Positions 11,695 to 26,200 of a stretch of 63,318 nt of DNA are shown here, piece by piece; positions within the stretch are counted from its first letter, which is position 1; the number at the start of each line of letters is the position of its first letter. This DNA comes from Octopus bimaculoides (Eukaryota): NCBI RefSeq assembly GCF_001194135.2, contig NC_068994.1, positions 2,677,327 to 2,740,644 on the forward strand, given 5' to 3'. The notes beneath the pieces are model-generated. The model was not told the DNA's origin, did no database searches, and saw only the letters and a list, made by a program, of their open reading frames with translations. A program made the translations under genes and the position numbers.

Positions 11695-11791
11695 CCTCTT
11701 TCTTTTCTTTCCTTTCCTGAGCGCCCAATAACACTCTACTTATTCCACATCCTCAAGTTGTTGTTTTTTCTTGCTTGTTTGTGTTTGGATT

Positions 11792-11829
<38 letters not shown>

Positions 11830-11830
<1 letters not shown>

Positions 11831-12290
11831 TAGATAAATTGGCTGGAGAAAGTTAAGATAGTTATTAGCTTTGTTGGTAACAAAGATCATTTTTTCAGAG
11901 TGAAAGGTAGATTGTATGATGCTTATGTACCATCAAACAATGCCACATGTCAGTGAAATGTGGGCTATAAATGCAGAAGACATGCAAAGACTGAAAAGAA
12001 ATGAAGTTACCATGCTTCATTGAATGTGCAACTTCAGTGAGTACATATGATAAAGTGCAAATGTGCTGAGAGAAAAATTGGGCATAGGATTAATCAGACG
12101 TCATTTTGAAGAGTGCAATGGTATGCATATAGATGTGAACAGCTACATAAAGAAGTACTGATCTCTAAATGTGGATGGAACCTGTGGAAACGGGAGACCT
12201 AAGAAGCCATGGGATGAAGTAGTGAAGACAAACCTAAGCTTGTTTAGCCTTACAGAGAAGATGACAAAAGACTAAGATGATTGGTGATTT
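11830..12290 (+). mobile_element. RTE-clade LINE C-terminal remnant
   Basis: Frameshifted: RVKGRLYDAYV..SEMWAINAEDMQRLKRNEVTMLH..LREKLGI..VDGTCGNGRPKKPWDEVVKTNL. Confidence 0.85.
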
Positions 12291-12931
12291 TTTTGTGCAC
12301 CAGAAAACCCATCAGTTGCAGAAAAAAAAAACGAGGCCCTAAAAGTATATCATTTATGTCTATAGCTCTGCACCCAATCTGTACCTGTTAAGCGTTTCCT
12401 ATGCTTCATCTCCATAACACCCATCTCTCCATCAGCTCTCTAACTGCTGCACCATTTCCCCAGCTGCAGTAATTATATAAAAGCAAAACTGCACATATTT
12501 TATCCCTGCTTTGTGCCACCGGTTATCCCACTCCTTGAAACCACTTCCCTTGTCACATATTCTACATTCTCAACGTCATTCCTTATCACTTTACTTTCCA
12601 CTGAATACCCCTTCCTCTGAACATCTTTACATATCTGCCATCAACAGCTCCCCACCCATCTTTATATGTCACTCACTATATAAACTTATATATACACATA
12701 AGAGTGAGTATGAATGTTTTTGTGTCTTCATATACCAATACATAAACAAACCTATATGCATAAAATTCTAAATATATTAATATCTATCAGTATATGTTTA
12801 AACACTATCCCGGCATGTTTTTTAATGTGTCTATGTGTGTATATAAAATATTTGTGTATGTGTATGCATTCATAAAATATCTACAAATATACTGGTATGC
12901 ATATGTTTGTATATGTGCATATGTTTGTATA

Positions 12932-12973
<42 letters not shown>

Positions 12974-13166
12974 NNNNNNNNNNNNNNNNNNNNNNNNNNN
13001 NNNNNNNNNNNNNNNNNNNNNNNNNNNNNNNNNNNNNNNNNNNNNNNNNNNNNNNNNNNNNNNNNNNNNNNNNNNNNNNNNNNNNNNNNNNNNNNNNNNN
13101 NNNNNNNNNNNNNNNNNNNNNNNNNNNNNNNNNNNNNNNNNNNNNNNNNNNNNNNNNNNNNNNNNN

Positions 13167-13167
<1 letters not shown>
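12974..13167. other. Assembly gap between (TA)n and (GA)n
   Basis: N run. Confidence 0.99.
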
Positions 13168-13201
<34 letters not shown>

Positions 13202-13296
13202 TAGATAGTTATAGATATATATACACATACATATGTATGTGTGTATGTATGTAAGTATTTCTCTCTCTCTCTCTCCCTATCTATCTATCTAACTAT

Positions 13297-13347
<51 letters not shown>

Positions 13348-16300
13348 TATATATGCATACTCAACAACATCTTTTTGGTGTAATATCTACAAAGATATGT
13401 TTATGTGTGTGTATCTGTAAGAAAAGTAAAGAATACATCTTCTCTAGAGAAGTTGCTATCTGCTTTCTTGCTGTAATGACATTGGAAGTGACTTATATAA
13501 AAAGAAATAAGTATTGTGTGATATTTTCATTAGAAATATTCCAACACACTGCAAAATAAAATGAAATAAATAAATGACAAAATAGAAATCTAAGAGAAAA
13601 TAATGAAATACTTTATCATTTCTTGACAGGTATTCTCAGAGATGTGAAATAAAACCAAAAAGAAAGATATTTCCAAGAACTAAAACCATTACTTTTTCTT
13701 TCTATTGACATTTATATAAATTTCTTTTTTCAAAATCCTCATAAGAGTTTTTATTTATTTATTCGCATTTCTTTTTACTTCAGCTTTCAGAAACTTTCAA
13801 TGAATGCAATTTCTTTTACAAATGTGTTGAATCCAAAAGATAAAAAAAGATGCGATGAATTTCTCTACTAAAACTGTTCGGAAAACTACTAAGATTTTCA
13901 TTTCCATGAGATATGTTTTTTTGTAAGCATTGGAGGCATTTTCTACAGAACTCTTCCCTGTGTAGATAAACATGGTTTGTTTTATGAACACAATCAATTT
14001 AGAATTCGGAAGCAAAATAATAAGAACACTAGAGAAAACAAAGAAAGGAATAGAAACAAACTAGCAAAGAACGGTTTTGAGATGATTTTTCTCACTGCAA
14101 TTGATTTTCATCTGGTGGTTGTTGTTTTTAGATTACTTTTTCCTGTGGCATACGTTCCATGATAACATTTGAGAGATTTTTATCATTTTGCTATTCCATA
14201 TTCATCATTAATTTTTTTCGGCAGACATGATAGCAGGATATTTTATGACTCATCCGCTCCTATGAGCACAGTCTTTTCTTTAATTGCTACTAGCAGGCAG
14301 AAAACAGCATAACCAGAACTATTCCTTTTTACCTCAGTCCTTTGTTTTATAAGTGTCTGAGTATATATCTGTATGCATGGTCATAGTGAGATAAACTGAG
14401 AAGAAATAGCAAAATAATAGAAATGGCAGATTAAATGTTATGTATATTTCAAATATATATTATCATAGTTTTATAGCTGTATAAAGAATGTTTCACATGT
14501 ATATTCATTCTTCCATTTATCATAATTACCAAATACGTGAGATTGAAAGGTCAAGACAGTGACACCACCCACTTGCAATGTTCTCTTCATTTTCTCTTAG
14601 TAAAAAAGAAAAAGTTAAAATTGCACTACCTACCCATGAGGCCTAACTGCAGTTAAAGGAGGACTTAGTGGAAAGTTAACGAATCATTATCAGGATTGTG
14701 TACAAGCCATTCCAAAGATATAGCCTATAGTGATACCATAGATAAACTGAAAGCATATTCCATCAAGGTTCAGTCATATAAGAAATAAGAGTTAAGAGGT
14801 GAATTTTCTAAAATGAGAAAGGCTGGATAAGTTTATATTACTGATATATGTTTAATGGGAATAAACAGAATTCCTCACTGCAAAAATTTACCAAACCAAG
14901 CTAATATAATGAAACTGTGATCTTTCTTATTGAATTTTGGTATGCATTAATATTTACAGGACATGCTTCAACATATGCTGAATTCTGAACAGCTTTGTTG
15001 TAAATATATGATTGTTGCTGCATTTGTGCATGAATGTACATATATGCATATAAGTAGTTTGGCAATCTCCATATGAAAACATTGATAAATAAGCACATAA
15101 CTCCCTAAAGGTAGACTGGGAAATTTTCGGAATGCTCTCATTGCTCACAGAAAGAAAAGAAGCTGTTCAATCTTTCAGAATGGTGTATATAATCATGAAT
15201 ACCTTTACTAAAAGACTTTATCATGTCTTTACTGTTATAATTATATTTCTGTTCTCCAGCTGATTTCCCATATTCTTAGGTATGTTCTAATATGTGAGTC
15301 TGTGAATTTTACTGTCAGAAAGAGGAAATAACTTTGAATGTACTAGCTGGTAAGTTTAATTCCATTTGAATTTAATATATTATTTCCAAATTAATGACCA
15401 ACGTTAGGCTAGAGTCTAGACAGAAAGCATTAAAAGAAGTTTATAAAGCAAATCTGTCATTCTACAGAGATGAAAAGTGCAAAAGGGAAGAATGATTGTT
15501 AAATGAATGATGGATTACACTCAACAATACTGCTAACTTGTTCTGTAAAGGAATCACAGAATAGCAAATTGATTAGAGAAACATATTAAAAATTCTTTAT
15601 CTTCTATTGTGAAGATGAGAAATTCTCATTAAACATTTTGAGCAACCAACGATGGTATAGTTTTGAAAGAAATCAAGCAACCAAGTTGATATCTAATATT
15701 TTGTATTTAATAAGGAATAAAATAGTTTTGAATCTTCTTGTAGTGTCCTAATAAAATCTGAAGAGAACAGTACTCAACTCTTCTTGGGTAAGCAACAAGA
15801 AAACAAACAAATTATCAAAGTGGACTTGTTTATAACCCAGAGTTTGTAGAGCTACAAGGGACCCATAAGGACAGTGAGCTAAGATTATTGATGAGAGTAA
15901 TTTAATATGGTCATTTTTAGTAATGACACTGACAGAATTATATCAGTAAGTTCATTGAGTAAAAGATGGAATTTGTTCTAGAAAGCATGAAAAAATTTTG
16001 TCTTGTTTATCCGAAGAAATTTGTTAGAATTTATCTTTAAGCTCAGTTAGGTTTAGTTGATTTCTCATACTATTACAAAAGTAATATACATTCATTTGTG
16101 GACCCATGCATTGGCAATAAAAGCATAGATGGGGTCAATATATTACTATAAAAGTTATGTAGGGAGCTGTAGTGAGTCAAATTGAATCATTAATATTAAT
16201 GATAATTTCTGTCTTCTTTAATAAGAATTACCATTAATACTAAGGCTTTTTTCATTTCAATACAGGTGTTATTTTTAATTAAACTTTTTTTTTATTTTTT

Positions 16301-16699
16301 AGTTGTTTTTGTCAACTACTTTATGTTCTTCATACAGAAGACATTCCTGGAATGTCATGATTACCATAATAGCTTATTTGAAATAACTTATTAACTGCTT
16401 TTCATAAGTTTTCCTATACAAATACTAACAATTTTAACTGCTAATCAGACAAACGGCTACTAAATTAGTTATTCATTAAGTCTTAGACACACTTGGATTA
16501 CATCCCAAATAAATTTTGGTGTGAAAAATCAAATGAATAATGTCATGTATAGTGATATTTGCAAGAAGGAAATTGAAAATTTTTCAATAAATAAATTTGA
16601 GATTTGTAACAAATATGGAGTGAACTGTAATTTTGTTGGCTCTAAAAGGACAATAAAGCACCTTCATATCTATCATGGGAAAGAATGCATAAGGTATAA

Positions 16700-17030
16700 T
16701 CAAAGAAAATTTGAGGTAAAAGAGAGATAAAGGTGGTAGGTACAATTATCAAGTATAGAGAATGCAAAGAGAATGGTAAAATCATTAGTTTCAGATGTAT
16801 AGGGCCTTAAGAGAGTTGTATTTGAATTGTATAGATGGAGTTGGAGATGAAATGCACAAATTAGAAGAGATTCATTTAGCCCTGGCCTAGAAGGCATGGC
16901 AGCTGTTAGGAAGTGTTGAGTGCAGAGCTGAAGTGCGGCAGATGAAAGATATTTTAAATTCAGTGCTATTGAGTTTGGCACAGTAATGAGCTTAACCGCA
17001 GGCTGTACAATTATTAGATGTTAGAGAGTT
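16700..17030 (-). mobile_element. Possible highly decayed Jockey/CR1-group LINE 3' end
   Basis: Fragmentary similarity to the SFFPRTxxLWNxLP..FK motif after frameshifts; weak. Confidence 0.25.
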
Positions 17031-17298
17031 TCTCCAAACTTTAAGAAAATGATTTTTCTGAAAGCCAGCATTCATACATTTGGATATAAACTATTTAGAA
17101 GAGAAAGGTAACATGGAAGTGATTCAGTAGGAAACATACAGTGACATTTACTGCTATTCAACGTTTATGATTATAGTGGCAGTGAGCAATAAGTAAAATG
17201 TTACAGTCACAAATCCATACATAATCATATGAATATTACATCATATATATTCAAAGGTATGTATGTGGATGTAGAATATGACTAGGATGTTGTTGATG

Positions 17299-17336
<38 letters not shown>

Positions 17337-17654
17337 TATATAATGTATGTCTGTATAAGACGTATAGACACACACACACACATATATACATACAAATACA
17401 TATGCAAACATATATATATCCATACACAAATATGTATGTTTACACACACACACACACACATACATACATGCATACATTCACATGTACATATATACATAAA
17501 AATATGTATCCATCCATTCATTCATATATACATACATACATACATAGACGCATGCATGCATACATCATCTTCGTTTCAACATTCACTTTGCTTGCATGAG
17601 TTAGGTAGAATTCATTGAGGTAGACTTTTCTCTGGCCAGATACTCTTCCTCTGT

Positions 17655-17780
<126 letters not shown>

Positions 17781-17869
17781 TTATTTATTTATATGCTTGG
17801 GTGGGTTGTATACACACACACACACACAGAGTATCAACCAGATTGTCAGATGCTGTTATACACCACTGG

Positions 17870-18040
17870 TTGCAATGTGCTTCCTTGCATTGTTGTAGCT
17901 TTCAAATGATACTATCTTGCTAGCTAGACAGGCAAATTGGCATTCCTCCAAATCAGAAGGCTAGTCCATCACAGGGTAACCCACTTATGGCTGAGTGGAC
18001 TGGAGCAATGTGAAATGAAGTGTTTGTCACCACTATATGT
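17870..18040 (-). mobile_element. S3 SINE fragment
   Basis: Reverse complement caaacacttcatttcacattgctccagtccactcagcc matches 9730-9780. Confidence 0.65.
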
Positions 18041-18507
18041 ACAGTTTGTCACCACTATATTTACCTCTCTTTCAGGCCCTCTTTCAACCAACTCATGCAT
18101 TCATGTTAAATGCAAGGTAGCCATGAATCCCTTCCTTAACAATAAACTTAACTCGGGAATTTTACCTGTCCTAGATAGAGATTACTGGTCTTCCCACCAT
18201 ACTTAAATCTCTCAACACCTAGCATAAAGTGACTGTTCCATCTCATATTCTACCTCTTGGTCAAGGCGTTTTAGTCACATGAGTTACAAATCAACATGAC
18301 TAATGCTAGTGCCATGGAAAAAGCATTTGCATTTCATTGTGTAATGTGATCAATGTTAGGAATACCCAATGTATGGACATGCTAGCCTATCACCCAGGAT
18401 ATCCCAGAAACAGCCATAAAGCTTCAAATTCTCCTTACCCTAATTAAATATTCTAAATGACTTGAGATGCCTGTCCTGCCTTGTTTTTTGTTTTCCTTTT
18501 TGCTCTA

Positions 18508-18547
<40 letters not shown>

Positions 18548-18550
<3 letters not shown>

Positions 18551-19110
18551 TGCTCAGGACATTGACATCCTGGAAACTGTTCAGAGATGTGCAACCAAGC
18601 AATTGCCTTCCATCAGGAATCTACCATACTTTGAAGGCCTTGCTTCCCTGGGCATAGATACATTGAAGCTCTGATGTCTGGCAACTGACTTGGTAAACAC
18701 CCACAAAATTATAAACTATAGTGTCAACAACCACTTTGAGCACCTTTTTGAGCTCCATGTGTCTAACACACATGGGCATGTCTACAAAGTCAGAAAACAG
18801 CACAGCTCCCATGACTTTTGGAAACATTTTTTCACACTCAGAATTGCTGAAGCATGGTACAAACTACCTGCATCAGTTGTTAGTTGTCAAGGCATTGCAT
18901 CTTTTAAAACCTCCATGCTTCCTGAAAATCACCAACACTATACTTGTTATCCCCCTCCACACGCATGCACACATGTATATCATGACTCATACACTGTTCT
19001 CTTTCCTAACATTTATACATAATTCTATGAACTGTACATGCACCTTTGATGAGTTGTAGTGCACCTGAGCACTATACACAAGAATTTCACTTTTATTATT
19101 ATTATTATTT
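18548..19110 (+). mobile_element. CR1/L2-group LINE 3' end with (TTA)n tail
   Basis: About 130 codons with one stop: LAQDIDILETVQRCATK..LPYFEGLASLGIDTLKL*..THKII..THGHVYKVRKQHSSHDFWKHFFTLRIAEAWYKLPASVV..SFKTSM; ends in ttattattattattatt. Confidence 0.9.
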
Positions 19111-19239
19111 AAAAGACATAATATGAATTATAAAGACATAAGAACAAAGAAGACTGCTAGCTTGAAACCCTTACACCTTCATGAGAACCTATGCATAGAT
19201 ATTTGACATATTCCCTCAAATCATACCCTACTTTCTTAA

Positions 19240-19345
19240 TATGGTCTCAGATATATAAATACTAGCTTGTTTATGGTTAGAATGCCTTTGATTATAGATG
19301 GTGTGCTCAATTAGGCCTGATCTGGAGCTAAACAACAACTACAAG
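19240..19345 (-). repeat. Unclassified interspersed repeat
   Basis: Reverse complement gtttagctccagatcaggcctaattgagcac..aatcaaaggcatt is similar to 44472-44530. Confidence 0.45.
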
Positions 19346-22300
19346 GTTTCTTAGATTCTTTCTGTCAAAATATGTATGAAAGTCCTGCTGGATTACTGCA
19401 GTCAGAAATTTTCCTCACTGAATAATTAGCTCTACTAATTTTGTAGGAGAGGGAGAAGAAAGTTCTTAGCTAGGTGAGTCTGGAAACTGATTTCAATTGT
19501 CAGTGGGACATTTACCATCACTTATATTGCTAATTCACTGGAGAGGCATAAACATATCAAATCTGTCCTTTTCCCAAATACAATAGATTCAAATATTCAC
19601 TGGTGAATATCACCGAATATAACAAAATCAAGTACTTGAATCTATGAATGTGAATTAGTAAAAGCCCCATAATTAACCACTCAGATATTTTCAAAAACAT
19701 ATTATGTCAATGCTGTTATAAGTGGGTGCAGTGGTATGAGCTGCAGAATTTTCCTGAATTATAATATTTTATGGCATTTACTAGTGAACGTAGTTGATAT
19801 ATTGTGGCTAAAGAGGAATGAATATAATTCACTGTATGTTAATTCGCTATGTTAATTTTGTGAAGATGAGAGACAATGAGCCCATAAAGGATGTTTTTGA
19901 TGAATAATTATGGAATAGGAATATTTGTTACACACTGAGTAAAGAAATGTAGAAATCTCAATGATGGCAGCAGAGATTATTTAAGATATGGTGGGGGTGA
20001 TTTAATACAGGTAAAGTATAGTTGTGAGATAATTATTGCAATGATCGATAGCGGTAGCATATATTAAAATATCTATAGTTATATGCTATACATGAATATA
20101 TTGTTCATTTATGCACATGGCAGAATATATATATATGCATCAGCTTGATTGTGTCAATGAACAGTTATGACAATATTCTTGTAATTAGCTGATTTTATTT
20201 AGTGTCTCTTAAATAGTATTTTGATATGAAATAGTGTAGTCAGATGGAACTTTGAAAAGGGAAAGTACAACTATTCACAAGCAGTCCTCATTAACCGGTA
20301 CTTAACTTTAACATTTAGTGATTTATTTGTATATAGAATATAAAACAGAAATATTTTATATATATAAGAAGATATATGCAGAAAATTTTAAGATTTGATA
20401 TGAAATACTGGATAGAGTTAGAGTCAGCTTTTAATGTCAATTATGAACAAAAGTACTGTTCATGTGTCTATGTGTCTGTCTATGTATGTGTGTATATATG
20501 TATGTATGTATGCATGCATGTATGTATGCATGCATGTGTGTATGCATGCATGCATACATTATGTATTAATGTGTGAGTAAAAAAAGGTGATGAAGAAGAT
20601 AATAGATAGGAAACCATTCACTAAATTATTTATCCATTTAGAAATATTGTGTTAGCATAAGTCAATTAGCAATTTGCAGTTGAAAGTAAGAGCTTTGTTT
20701 TGCATTTACTTTCTGTTCAATTCATCCTTATAAAAGTTACATTCAGAAACCTAGATGGAGTTGTGTAAAATATACAAATAAGAATGCCTTTTGAGATTCA
20801 AGGGCAGCAATTTCATATTTTCCTATGCTGTATCACCAATATCTAAATGTATATCAATACTTATATTAATTATATATAACCTTATGCAAAAATATGTAAA
20901 TATTCATTTGTTAATGATATAAAGCTAAAGAAATTCATGCTTTTATATAGATCCATGTGAATATGTGTAAACAGTCAATCATTTTAGTTGCTTTCAACAG
21001 TTTTCTCTCCTCTGGTCAGATTGTAAATATAACAAATGGATCAAAGGGAATCTGTACTGGGTGATTCATGTCTGTGTAAATAGATTTGTAGATGCAGAAA
21101 CAGTCACATTTAAATATGAATAGATAAATTGATCTCAGCTGATCTAATTTAGTTACTGCTTTCTTTACACTGAAGTTTATCACCTTCCAACATCACAGAG
21201 GCATTCACAAGAGAAACAGTTTAGAGAAATTACACTTCTATAAGTTCATTCGGATTCTATTCTTAACTACAAGGATTTTTCCCCTCAGTTTTAGAAGCGA
21301 GAAGATGAATATGTTTCTAAATGAAAATTTTAGCACATTAATGATATTCAGAATTGTAACATTGATGCACAACAGAACCTTATAGCAAATCTTAGTTGAA
21401 GGTAAGTGGACGGTTTCTAAAATGCTAGACACTGGTTTGAATGTCCTTTGCAGCATCCCTTTTGTTCACTCACATACACACATACATGTAAGTATTCATG
21501 CATATACATGTGTGTGTGTGTGTGTGTGTGAATAAATGAAGGGAAAAAATATAAAGCTAGATTTAAAAGGAAATAGCTGAGAACAAATTTGTAGTTTTTT
21601 AACAAGTTACGATGAGTTATAATGGTGGTTATGAGTTTTATATGAATGGTAACTACGTAAAGAAAACAAATATACAGTTCTTGTGTCACACACACTAGTT
21701 CAGAAGGAAATATCGTTACTATGACAATGGTTGAAAAGCTAAATTTAATGTTTATTTTTTATACTAAAAGATTTTATGTGACATTTTTGGTCAGTGGATT
21801 TGCAAGACAAATAGAGCATTGAGCTAAATACCTAATTGCATTAATGTCAGTAATACATTAAAGTTCCCCCAATCAGTGACATTATTGCCTTTTGTAAATT
21901 AACCTTGTGCCTAGTCAAAGAAATTACTCAGCAACAACATTAGCTATGATATGATCTGGAATTTATAGACATGAGCTTCACAGGTTAAAGCAAGAGTCAG
22001 TGAGAAAAGAAAAAAAAATCACAAAGCCACAAAAGTAATTGTTATCAGCTTATTTGCATATAAATTGATTTGTTAACTTCTTTTGTAATTTGAATAGTAA
22101 ATATCAATGTTATCTTGTAGGAATCTAAATCTTGGGATTATCTGACAACAGGACTATCTCACTTCAATTACTTTCAATGATTTAGCTAATTCACTTGTTT
22201 CCACACAAACTGGTAAAACCTTTTCATATGTGTGTTTGATTGTGTGTTTCCTATTTTCTCACATATATACACAAATAAAACTAAGTTTCTGCCATTCTAG

Positions 22301-22959
22301 CATTCTTTTTAAGTCTCTCAGATTTTATTTGTACAATACATCGATTGTCTTCTATTGGGTAGAAGGTTAAGATTTTGCTGGGAGGAAAACCAACCCCAGT
22401 GGGATTTGAACTCAAAGCAAGTTACAAATCATAAACTCTAGTCTTTACTGTCTGCCCTGTCTCTAGTGCTCTTTCATTTTACCATCTCACCTAGGATTTT
22501 GGTTTTGAAACTTCAATATCTAGAACTTAGACTCAAAAGAATACTTTAATTCTGTCTCATATTAAACGATGTGAGGTTGATACAAAAAGTAATGAACTGA
22601 AAATCAATCTCACAAATAAATATTCTGAGTCATAGCCCCAGATAAATATTTTACTACTAGTATGAGTGAAAATATCATCATCATCCTCATCATCACTTTT
22701 TTTTTAGACCTGTTTTCTATACTGACATGAGTTTGGTATGGAGGAGCAGTTCAAATTGAGTATCTTCCTCTCAGTTATGAGTGTCATGACACTGTGAGTG
22801 GAAGAGATGAGAAAAAGAGAGAGAGTATAGAAGAGAAGAGAAAAAGAGAGAGAGTATAGAAGAGAAGAGATAGTGAGGAGATGTGAGGGTATAGAAAGAG
22901 AAAAGAAAGATGCACAATAATGCATGCATTGTCCCACTGTTTCAACAAGTATTTCACCA

Positions 22960-23900
22960 AGCTCGTGCAGGAGGTCAGGTCTCCTGTAGTACTATGCATT
23001 GCCAACTAATGTAGTCCTCAGTCAACTCTTTCATCCGATGTAATATCTTGTGATAATTTTTCCTCATCTTACCACAAGTCTCCACCCCCCCCTTTCTCTC
23101 TCTCTCCCTCAGTTACCATTTACATTAAGCACTCAGCACTTGCTTATGTAGCTGCCATCTGCCTTCTATTGTAGTTTCCTGTCTGACATGAGTTGCATGT
23201 TACATCTGATTCCTCTTCTACCCAGTTTGTCTCCCAGTTCATTTGTCCTTCCTTGATCATGACCACTAGTATGGCACATCCAGTGAAGCATGTTCATTTC
23301 ATTTCTTTCTAGTCTTTGCAGGTTCTCTGCTTTTAAGGCCCATATCTCAAAATTGTGCAGCAGCACACTTTGAACATAAGCCTCATACAATCTGCCATTG
23401 ATCTTGAGGGGTAAGCTCTTTGTTGTTGGCAAAGGTAACAGCTCCCTAAACGTTTCCATCCCATTCTTATTTTAGCTGTCACCTTCAGAACATTCATCAA
23501 ACCCACTTTTAATTTTTGGTCAGCTAAATAGCAAAAGCTATCAACTATTTCCAGAGAGTTGCCCAGGTATATGAGAAAATCAAAAATCCTGAACACTCTG
23601 AGTAATTATTGCTTCGGTGAAACTGATACATGTGAAACCTACTTATAAACATGTTTGTGATCCCACTACATCTCCTGTGTGTACCTTGCTTACAATGGAC
23701 ACATTATGGAATTTCTCAGGATGCATTTTCTGCTGATAGGACTTGACTGTTTCCATGATCATATAAGGAGCCTGATTTCCTTACTATTTAGTAAAACTTT
23801 TGTTTCTTCTAAGTTTACTGTAAGGCCAATCAATTCCAGTCTTTGCTTCCATATCTTGAATTTCAATAACAAATTTTCTATAGATTCTGCTGTATGCTTA
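22960..23900 (-). mobile_element. RTE-clade LINE remnant (late RT to C-terminus)
   Basis: AESIENLLLKFKIWKQRLELIGLTVNLEETKVLL; SLEIVDSFCYL; KIRMGWK; FRELLPL..KINGRLYEAYVQSVLLH..WALKAENLQRLERNEMNMLHWMC. Confidence 0.88.
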
Positions 23901-24035
23901 CAGCAGAATCTAGAGAAAGTTTGTAATTGAAATTGATCGCTATGGATAGGAAAATTCTTACGATACAACCAACAAAGATTGCAAACCATCTGAACAAACA
24001 TCTCAAAAGTAGGGGAAAAGTCCTGCTGAAAAAAA

Positions 24036-24270
24036 ATGCTGTTGGAGATTGACAAAAATCTGTATCAATCCCATGAAAAAGAGAGAGTATACAAAGAGGT
24101 CTGGGTTATAGAAAATATTAAGTCAAACCCTAAAACTTTCTTCAAATTTACCAAAGCAATAGCCTCAGTACACAAGATAGGGCCCCTCCAAAAGGATGAC
24201 TCCCTCACAGGAACCCCAAAAGAAATTCTGAACAAACAGTTCAAAAGTATGTCCACTACCCCTTTGGGAC
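24036..24270 (+). mobile_element. CR1/Jockey-group LINE fragment (region between endonuclease and RT)
   Basis: VIENIKSNPKTFFKFTK..KIGPLQKDDSLTGTPKEILNKQFKSM. Confidence 0.7.
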
Positions 24271-24387
24271 ACAGGAAACTGAACTAACCAGCAGATTTTG
24301 GCTGTTGGTTGATGAGGAATTAGCTACAAATTTTGTTTGTTATGTTTTTGTTAAATTTTCTGTTTGTTGTGTTTTTGTTAAATTTCT

Positions 24388-24492
<105 letters not shown>

Positions 24493-24989
24493 AGAGTTGA
24501 GATTGAATACATATATGTCTCATTAACTATATATTCCTACTTCAAATGAGTGTGCATGATATGTGTGTGTTTGTGTAAGTATGTATGTGTGTAGTTTGAG
24601 GATTGAGTGGAAAAAAAAGGCATCGTGCAGAAAAGTTAGTACTGCTAGTATAAAAATAATTGAATATGTGATGGCCGGAGTGTTCTGAAAATGCATACAT
24701 TCATTGCTAGTACCAATATTGATGTCTAATAGAGGTATCTGTGCTAGATGAGAATCTGAACACATTTCCTTCTACTCCCTTCACCATCATGCATACACTA
24801 ATTTTTTTTATCATCCCTGCATAGTTGATGATATCTGCTATAAAGATGTGTACATTAATCTGTCTGCTTAGCTCTGACAACTGGATTTTCAAATATGATA
24901 TAAAAAAGAAAGGAAAAGAAAAAAGAAAGAGAGAGAGAGAGAGATCTTCTAATATGGCTAGTTCTGGGAACAAACCATCTGGGAAGTTA

Positions 24990-25135
24990 ATGGTGTTCAC
25001 TGCTGGTCCTCTGAAAATGATTGAAAACTTCAATTATCTAGGTGCCATGGCCAATGTATTGGGCGGAGTTTAGCAAAGTAAAGTGGTTTGAATACAGAGT
25101 TGATGAAAGAAATTTAGGAAACTTTATTACTCGGA
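24990..25135 (+). mobile_element. RTE-clade LINE fragment
   Basis: GPLKMIENFNYLGAMANVLGG followed by KKFRKL; matches the LEIVDSFCYLG..WKKFRELL block. Confidence 0.55.
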
Positions 25136-26164
25136 AGACAGATTGCATTAGGAATTTTATATTATACCCTTATGGAACATAAGCAATAAAAGAAGCTGAT
25201 CTATAACTATGATGAAAGGACATGCAAATATTGTGATGGTGTTTTAACATAAATCTGTATGATAATATATAGGTAATCTAAAATAACATTCTGCTGTTGT
25301 AAATATAAAGAACTTGTTAGAAGAAAGAAGAAGAATATATATGTTAGATGAATGAACGATGGGAAGTGGATGAGTAAATGAAGTATGAAAGTTATGGCCA
25401 AGCTAAATGTAGAAACAAGAAATGCATAGAATGAGGCCAAGCTGAACCAATTTATGTTAGAATATAAAAGAAACTTGATATTATTTCTGAAATAAATATC
25501 ATGGAATTTTCTTTATGAGACAGGAATAATTTTGTTGGAGTCTCACCACCTAAGGCTTCAGTTGGTGTTTGACAGTAGAAAACATTTCAATAGTAGACTA
25601 ATATTGCATTAGAGAGTAGAAGTTATTTCATGAATTGTACATAAGGTTTACTATCAATATTATCAACTCTGAATCATATAATTTATGAAAAAAGGATTTC
25701 CTCAATAGTGTAACATATTACCATTTACAGTCTTATGTATTTATGCGCATACACTCTCAGTTTAGTATATACCTGAAGTTGTAAGCCATGGGTAAAGTTC
25801 CTTTTTGATTTAAGTATAAGTCTTTCCTTTCTTTGTTTCCCACTTTACCAATTTCTAATTTTAGCTGGTCGAAATAAATAAAATGAAGATACATGATCTG
25901 AAATAATGATATGCAGAAAATTTGATCAACAAACACATTTTTTATTAATATCTTATAATTTCAAAATCATATAAGTGGATGCATGGGATTCCTCTCAACA
26001 TATGGCTATGATGTTCTCCCACTACTTCTGCTCATGATCAGAGATGCACATATTGTCAGCCACTAAGGGATATCCTCAACTGGTTAAGGTCAAACAACTG
26101 ACAAGCAAATCTGTGGTACTGAGCAGAATATTTGCAGTAGCCATCTTTTACACCAAGACAAAAC

Positions 26165-26200
<36 letters not shown>

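Larger units (their letters stand above)
11465..11795 (+). mobile_element. Pyrimidine-rich repeat with two diverged tandem hammerhead-bearing units (PLE-LTR/retrozyme-like)
   Basis: Two motifs 154 nt apart with similar downstream flanks (cttcccgag..ctaatacac vs tttcctgagcg..caataacac). The second unit is homologous to 1645-1815. Confidence 0.6.

Noticed and set aside
15111-15155. Minus-strand hammerhead-like string CTGTGA-GCAATG-agag-CATTCC-GAA-AATT-T
   Set aside because: Core lacks one base and no helix I can form.
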